DNA of 12,236 nucleotides from a virus: the UHGV virus genome UHGV-1337774. One strand, given 5' to 3'. Positions 7,634 through 12,236 of this stretch are shown piece after piece (position 1 is the stretch's first letter; every line of letters begins with the position of its first letter). Position numbers and translations under genes: made by a program. The notes beneath the pieces were generated by a model, which worked only from the letters and a program-made list of their open reading frames with translations, did not search any database and had not been told where the DNA came from.

Positions 7634-7825
7634 ATGGCTACGATCCTCGCCCCGTCACATCCTCAATTTATATTTGTTTTTGCCGCCGTTCGTCGTGCAG
7701 AACGTAAACCACGTATCAGTATGCTGCGTATCATCGCCAGCAATGAGCATCATGCACGTCTTTCACTGGTCCATGAGTATGTGCTTTGTCTTGCTGCTCG
7801 CCTGCCTGTCCGGGAGGTGATCTAA
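7634..7825 (+). CDS. Hypothetical small protein (63 aa), first of three coupled genes upstream of alpha
   Basis: ATG 7634 with a GGAGG Shine-Dalgarno 8 nt upstream. Stop TAA 7823-7825 overlaps the next ATG (TAATG). It is the in-frame 3' part of the long 7121-7825 track ORF, which I do not believe as a whole. Confidence 0.4.
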   Translation: MATILAPSHPQFIFVFAAVRRAERKPRISMLRIIASNEHHARLSLVHEYVLCLAARLPVREVI

Positions 7826-8049
7826 TGAATCACGCCGCAATCTCTTATGACGATATTCTCCGCCTGAAGCATCTTCGTAACGTGGGAGAGTTTGTCACTG
7901 GAATGGCTGTTCTTCAGGATTGCTACGAAAAACCTGCCAGTGCTCAATGTGAACAACTGGTTTCCCTGATTTATCTGATGACAGAGCAGCTTGATGGCGT
8001 GGTACAGCGTTGCCAGGATGACCTCATGAACATGGAGGTGGTGCAATGA
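7825..8049 (+). CDS. Hypothetical small protein (74 aa); position equivalent to P4 eta/epsilon
   Basis: ATG 7825 preceded by GGGAGG (7812-7817). Its stop overlaps the next start (ATGA at 8046-8049). Start is internal to the 7786 track ORF. Confidence 0.5.
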   Translation: MNHAAISYDDILRLKHLRNVGEFVTGMAVLQDCYEKPASAQCEQLVSLIYLMTEQLDGVVQRCQDDLMNMEVVQ

Positions 8050-8369
8050 AATCACGCACTCTTTCCCTTTCACTTCGGGTAGCGTTGTATCGCCGCGCGG
8101 TAGCCTGCGCCTGGTTGAGTGCCTGCTATCAGCAAAACCGCCATCTGCAGCTCACTCTGGATGAAATTGAAACCGCTATTGCCCGTGAGCTTGAAGGATT
8201 TTATCTGCGACAGCACGGGCAAACAAAAGGCATGGAAATCGCCTGCGCCCTGCTTTCAGACCTGATGGAATACGGCCCTCTAATGTCCTGTCCCGCACTC
8301 TCCCAGCTCGGAATAGCCGTAATGGATGAGTTATGCGTCCGTCACATCAAAAAGCCGGTTTTACACTGA
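8046..8369 (+). CDS. Hypothetical protein (107 aa) immediately upstream of alpha
   Basis: ATG 8046 overlaps the previous stop. Ends TGA 8367-8369, 14 nt before the alpha start. No recognisable motif. Confidence 0.55.
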   Translation: MKSRTLSLSLRVALYRRAVACAWLSACYQQNRHLQLTLDEIETAIARELEGFYLRQHGQTKGMEIACALLSDLMEYGPLMSCPALSQLGIAVMDELCVRHIKKPVLH

Positions 8370-8383
8370 GGGAGAACTGCGTC

Positions 8384-10717
8384 ATGTCAGGAATGAAAGT
8401 CAGTCAGGCCGTGAAGGCTGCCCGCGGTCACTGGGCTCAGATTCTGCCAGCGCTGGGCGTGAATATATTGAAAAATCGCCATCAGCCTTGCCCGGTCTGT
8501 GGCGGTAAAGATCGTTTTCGCTTCGACGATCAGGAAGGACGCGGAACATGGTTCTGCAATCAGTGCGGAGCCGGGGATGGTTTAGCGCTTGTCACCAGGG
8601 CACTGAATGTGGATATCAGTGAAGCAGCTGACAGGATACATGGACTGACACATGATCTGTCTATAGTTAATTCCGAGGTCAGGACGTTAACCGCCGATAC
8701 CGATAGCGGGAAAGATGCAGCGGCAGCACTTGCCGCGCGACTGCTGCAAGCCTCGCGTGAATCTGCCGGAAACACTTATCTTACACATAAAGGTTTCCCG
8801 GAGCATATTTGCCATGAGCTGACTTCAGCTCATAAGGCCGGTGGTGTGATGTTCCGCCCCGGTGATTTGATCGTCCCACTCTATAACGCTGACGGGGAGC
8901 TGGTGAATATTCAGCTTATCAGTGGCAATGGTAGCAAGTGTTTTCTTAAAGGAGGTCAGGTTAAGGAGGCCTATCATCTGATAGAAGGGGGCGGGAGTTC
9001 TGTAAGAAGGATTTGGATTGCGGAAGGTTACGCCACGGCGCTTACCATTCATTATTTGACAGGAGAAGCCGTCATGGTGGCATTTTCGTCGGTCAACTTT
9101 CTTTCTCTGAGCAGCGTTGCCCATAATAAGTATCCTGGATATCAGTTAATTATTGCAGCGGACCGCGATCTGAATGGTTCAGGCCAGAACAGGGCTGAAA
9201 CTGCTGCAAAAGCGAGTCAGTGTGACATTGTGCTGCCACCGGTTTTTGGTGACTGGAATGATGCGCTTACCCAATACGGAGAGGAATCCACCCGGAAGGC
9301 AATTCTTGAGGCTTTGAAGCCACATAACGCCAGTCCTTTCGACACAATGAGTGAAGCAGAATTCACAGCGATGAGTGTCAGCGAAAAAGCTCAGAGGGTT
9401 CGGGAGCATTACAGGGATGCACTGGCGGTTGATCCGAACGGGCAGCTTTTATCCCGCTACGAGTCTGGAGCGTGGAAAGTTATTTCTCAGTCAGATTTTG
9501 CCCGAGATGTCGCAGCCCTTTTCCAGCGCCTCGGGGCACCGTTTTCCTCAGGAAAAATTGCCTCACTGGTGGAAACATTAAAGTTAATTGTTCCGCAGCA
9601 GCAAAATCCGTCACGTCATCTGATTGGTTTTCGTAATGGCGTTCTCGATACGCGAACAGGGCTTTTTAGTCCGCACTGTAAAGAGAACTGGCTGCGTACC
9701 CTGTGTGAAGTCGATTTCACGCCACCGGTAAAGGGGGAAACGCTTGAAACTCATGCCCCGGCATTCTGGCGTTGGCTGGACCGGGCCGCCGGACACAAGC
9801 CAGCAAAACGCGACATTATTCTTGCAGCGTTATTTATGGTGCTGGCGAACCGTTATGACTGGCAGCTCTTTCTGGAAGTGACTGGCCCTGGTGGAAGTGG
9901 CAAAAGTATTCTGGCTGAAATTGCGACCATGCTTGCTGGAGAGGATAACGCCACCTCTGCGACCATTGAAACGCTGGAGTCCCCGCGAGAACGTGCGGCT
10001 CTGATAGGTTTTTCTCTTATTCGCCTGCCTGATCAGGAGAAGTGGAGCGGCGACGGCGCCGGGCTTAAGGCTATAACTGGTGGCGATGCAGTATCTGTGG
10101 ACCCCAAATATCAGAATGCTTATTCAACACATATTCCGGCGGTTATCTTGGCCGTAAATAATAATCCTATGCGCTTCACTGATCGCAGTGGTGGTGTGTC
10201 CCGCAGGAGAGTTATTCTGCATTTTCCTGAGCAGATAGCACCGGAAGAACGCGATCCGCAGTTGAAAGATAAAATTGCACGAGAACTGGCTGTGATTGTT
10301 CGTCAGCTCATGCAGCGTTTCAGCGATCCGATGAGCGCCAGAACATTGCTTCAGTCGCAGCAGAATTCTGATGAGGCTCTCACCATCAAGCGTGATGCTG
10401 ATCCAGCATTTGATTTTTGTGGCTACCTTGAGGCATTACCTGACACCAACGGCATGTTTATGGGGAACGCCAATATTGTCCCGCGCCAGCCACGTACGTA
10501 CCTTTACCATGCCTATCTCGTATACATGGAGGCTAATGGCTTTAAAAATACCCTTAGCCTGACAATGTTTGGCAAAGGGCTACCAGTTATGCTGAAGGAA
10601 TACGGGCTAAATTATGAGAAGCGGCGAACTAATCAGGGAATGCAGACTAACCTCACTTTAAAAGAGGAAAGTAATGCAGACTGGCTTCCCAAGTGTGATG
10701 AGCCAACAATCAAATAA
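8384..10717 (+). CDS. alpha: P4 alpha-type bifunctional primase-helicase (zinc-binding primase + TOPRIM + SF3/D5-like helicase)
   Basis: Zinc-binding CPVCGGKDRFRFDDQEGRGTWFCNQCG, TOPRIM-like IWIAEGYATALT, Walker A GPGGSGKS, about 777 aa. Start placed at ATG 8384 with a GAGGGAGAA Shine-Dalgarno; the track's 8333 start would overlap the upstream gene. Stop TAA 10715-10717. Confidence 0.9.
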   Translation: MSGMKVSQAVKAARGHWAQILPALGVNILKNRHQPCPVCGGKDRFRFDDQEGRGTWFCNQCGAGDGLALVTRALNVDISEAADRIHGLTHDLSIVNSEVRTLTADTDSGKDAAAALAARLLQASRESAGNTYLTHKGFPEHICHELTSAHKAGGVMFRPGDLIVPLYNADGELVNIQLISGNGSKCFLKGGQVKEAYHLIEGGGSSVRRIWIAEGYATALTIHYLTGEAVMVAFSSVNFLSLSSVAHNKYPGYQLIIAADRDLNGSGQNRAETAAKASQCDIVLPPVFGDWNDALTQYGEESTRKAILEALKPHNASPFDTMSEAEFTAMSVSEKAQRVREHYRDALAVDPNGQLLSRYESGAWKVISQSDFARDVAALFQRLGAPFSSGKIASLVETLKLIVPQQQNPSRHLIGFRNGVLDTRTGLFSPHCKENWLRTLCEVDFTPPVKGETLETHAPAFWRWLDRAAGHKPAKRDIILAALFMVLANRYDWQLFLEVTGPGGSGKSILAEIATMLAGEDNATSATIETLESPRERAALIGFSLIRLPDQEKWSGDGAGLKAITGGDAVSVDPKYQNAYSTHIPAVILAVNNNPMRFTDRSGGVSRRRVILHFPEQIAPEERDPQLKDKIARELAVIVRQLMQRFSDPMSARTLLQSQQNSDEALTIKRDADPAFDFCGYLEALPDTNGMFMGNANIVPRQPRTYLYHAYLVYMEANGFKNTLSLTMFGKGLPVMLKEYGLNYEKRRTNQGMQTNLTLKEESNADWLPKCDEPTIK

Positions 10718-10725
10718 TTACAACT

Positions 10726-10752
10726 AACCCGGCTGATGCCGGGTTTCTTATT
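10726..10752 (+). terminator. Rho-independent terminator after alpha
   Basis: AACCCGGC-tgat-GCCGGGTT hairpin (10726-10745) followed by TCTTATT, starting 9 nt after the alpha stop. Confidence 0.55.
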
Positions 10753-10777
10753 GGAAACGTACGAATGTAGAGATAGC

Positions 10778-10990
10778 AGTTCACTCTTCACCTAACTGTT
10801 AATACATAACCAATTGATATATAAATTAAAAGTTGCAGAGTGAATAGTGTGCATGGTTTTGCGAAAAAAAAGTATTTTTTGTTGAGTCAAGTCCCGGTTT
10901 GGATCCGTTTAACGGAACCTAACTGGATTGACTATTTCTTCGATAATTTTTGGATAAATAATTAACAAAAATCAAAATGTGAACAGCGAA
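10778..10990. repeat. Scattered TTCAC-type motifs in both orientations (candidate crr-like cis replication region)
   Basis: aGTTCACtcTTCACCtaactgtt (10778-10800), gagTGAAtag (10839-10848), and aaaatGTGAACAgcg (10975-10989, TGTTCAC on the minus strand). This lies about 4.5 kb from the iteron cluster at 6271-6480, the ori-crr spacing I recall for P4. Weaker than the upstream cluster. Confidence 0.25.
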
Positions 10991-11068
10991 TGGAGGGGGC
11001 ACAAAAGGGGGCATAATTGAATTAATTATTAATAAAATCCATTTTTTACAACAATTTAAATGAATATG

Positions 11069-11088
11069 CGAGTCCGGCCTTCGCACCA
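11069..11088 (+). other. att core: 20-nt copy of a tRNA-Leu (leuX-type) 3' end, candidate attR
   Basis: CGAGTCCGGCCTTCGCACCA matches the 3' end of E. coli leuX as I recall it (…GTTCGAGTCCGGCCTTCGGCACCA), apart from one missing G. The upstream sequence is AT-rich and shows no D or anticodon arm, so this is a fragment, not a tRNA gene. Confidence 0.55.
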
Positions 11089-11277
11089 TACAAAGCTTTT
11101 TGCAAGTCTACTAACGTCTACTTTAGTCCATAAAAACAGTAAGTTAGGCAGGTTTCTGGCTTTTCTTAGTCTGTACGCGTCTACTCAATTCCTTGAACAT
11201 ATACCAACTGATGATGGTATAACTGATAGTATTCTCGGTTCGATTGATTTTGGTACCAACACTGGAGGTATCAACTG

Positions 11278-11530
11278 ATGGCTTTCACCGATATCAAAGT
11301 TAGGACTACCAAGCCCTCCGACAAACCCTTCAAACTCACAGATGGGTAGGGTATGCACCTGCTGATCAATCCCAATGGTTCAAAATACTGGCGACTTCAA
11401 TACCGTTTCGAGGGGGGCAACAGAAAGTTTCAGCATTGGGTGTTTATCCATTGGTCTCTCTTGGTGAAGCCGCAGGAAGCTAGATGAAGCCAAAAAGTTG
11501 GTATTTGATGGTATCGACCCTTCTGAAAAG
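11278..11530 (+). pseudogene. Decayed P4-family integrase, N-terminal fragment with a premature stop and at least two frameshifts
   Basis: GGAGG Shine-Dalgarno then ATG 11278: MAFTDIKVRTTKPSDKPFKLTDG*GMHLLINPNGSKYWRLQYRFEGG (in-frame TAG at 11347-11349). Downstream, integrase-like ALGVYPLVSLGEA and RRKLDEAKKLVFDGIDPSEKKK appear in two other frames. It sits about 190 nt after the tRNA 3'-end repeat, as intB does after leuX in E. coli K-12. Confidence 0.6.
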
Positions 11531-12236
11531 AAAAAGTGTTAGGTAAGCGAAGCGAGTTGTGCCGGACGGGTTTAGCGACATCCAGGCGAAGCATTTTTGT
11601 AGTATTAAATTCAGCGATCAAATCTTTAGCTGCATTCCCAACTATTATTATGTTTCCACCTATCACGACAGGAGCTTTTTTATGTTGAGAACTGGCCTAA
11701 ACGCATAGAGAACGGCACCAGCAAAACTCTTTCCCCTGCGAATTTTTTGCATCCCTTTCAATGTTTATCACCGACAGATCGAGTTGCTGACAGAAGGGTA
11801 TCTCTCAGTACTTTTATTCTTTTTTGCGCCGTATAAATTTCGGTGAGGGTAAAGGAGCTGTTGTGTGATTTGGTATCGAGATGCTGAATAAGTTTATGTA
11901 GATTCTGAGCTTGCTTTTGTAAGCTCTTTCCAAACAGTTAGATTTATTTCAGAAATTTTGGGTGGGAGATACTTCAATGCTGACATACGTATCCAAACAG
12001 TACGGTTGAGATCTTTTCGTAAGCCATCAACGTAGGAGAATTCGGCATCTCATTTAATCTGATACTAATACAATGATTACGTGTCTGTTGGGAGGGTAAT
12101 TTAGCACGAGTGAAATTTTCATAGCTACAGCTTCTAAATGACTTGATGTTATTAAGACTATGATTTCTATCATTCATATGAACTGATCCTACCCACGTAA
12201 TATGGACACAGGCCTAAGCGAGGTTCTTGTTTTCAA

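Larger units (their letters stand above)
1..11088. mobile_element. P4-like integrative phage satellite, 5'-truncated by the window edge, running from inside int to an attR-like tRNA-Leu 3'-end repeat
   Basis: Gene content and order match the P4 family: P4-type integrase, Psu-like, Ogr/Delta zinc finger, Sid-like, AlpA/Vis, alpha primase-helicase, then a tRNA 3'-end repeat. Seen by reading the ORF translations; no search run. Confidence 0.7.

Noticed and set aside
7121-7825. 234-aa plus-strand ORF spanning vis (in another frame) and the structured GC-rich segment
   Set aside because: It overlaps the well-supported AlpA/Vis gene out of frame and runs through the repeat/hairpin region, with no RBS at its start. 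Only its last 63 codons (7634-7825), which have a GGAGG RBS and stop-start coupling, were kept as a tentative gene.
8326-9796. Short ORFs on both strands within alpha (8326-8508, 8560-8775, 8825-9124, 9179-9409, 9375-9581, 9611-9796)
   Set aside because: Embedded in a 777-aa gene with primase, TOPRIM and helicase motifs; no independent evidence.
11069-11088. A complete tRNA gene at the att site
   Set aside because: Only the 3'-terminal ~20 nt of a tRNA-Leu are present; upstream is AT-rich with no D-arm or anticodon-arm sequence.
11060-11278. 72-aa plus-strand ORF spanning the tRNA 3'-end repeat
   Set aside because: It reads through the att core, has no RBS, and ends exactly where the integrase remnant's RBS and ATG begin. 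Interpreted as a chance frame in att-flanking DNA.
11430-12177. Minus-strand ORFs of 78 and 67 aa in the terminal region
   Set aside because: One is antisense to the integrase remnant and the other lies in AT-rich sequence with no RBS; no recognisable motifs.
1-12236. The window as a circularly permuted complete P4-like genome, with the int fragment at 11278 joining the int at position 3
   Set aside because: The 11278 fragment carries an in-frame stop and frameshifts, and the roughly 700 nt after it contain no integrase-like frame to bridge to the int region at the window start.
1-12236. CRISPR array or insertion-sequence transposase
   Set aside because: No regularly spaced repeat-spacer array and no transposase-like ORF or terminal inverted repeats were seen. 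The repeats found are short iteron-like or palindromic motifs.

Overview
This window reads as a P4-like phage satellite integrated at a tRNA-Leu-type site, cut by the window edge inside its integrase. Left to right: the 3' part of a P4-type tyrosine integrase (+); a convergent, AT-rich two-gene cargo operon on the minus strand that I read as a SIR2-like NADase plus a HerA-like ATPase (a SIR2-HerA / Nezha-type anti-phage system); the late operon on the minus strand (Sid-like, Psu-like, single-domain Ogr/Delta zinc finger) with its own terminator; an AT-rich control region with TTCAC-type iteron repeats and a TGT-N12-ACA dyad; an AlpA/Vis-family regulator; a GC-rich structured segment with direct and inverted repeats resembling P4-type RNA immunity; three small translationally coupled genes; and a P4 alpha-type primase-helicase. 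Downstream of alpha lie a terminator, more TTCAC motifs, a 20-nt copy of a tRNA-Leu 3' end (attR-like) and a decayed integrase N-terminal pseudogene, suggesting tandem occupancy of the same site. The most interesting item is the defence cargo sitting in the satellite's variable slot between the integrase and the late operon. All assignments rest on motifs read by eye and recalled family knowledge; no database search or computation was run.
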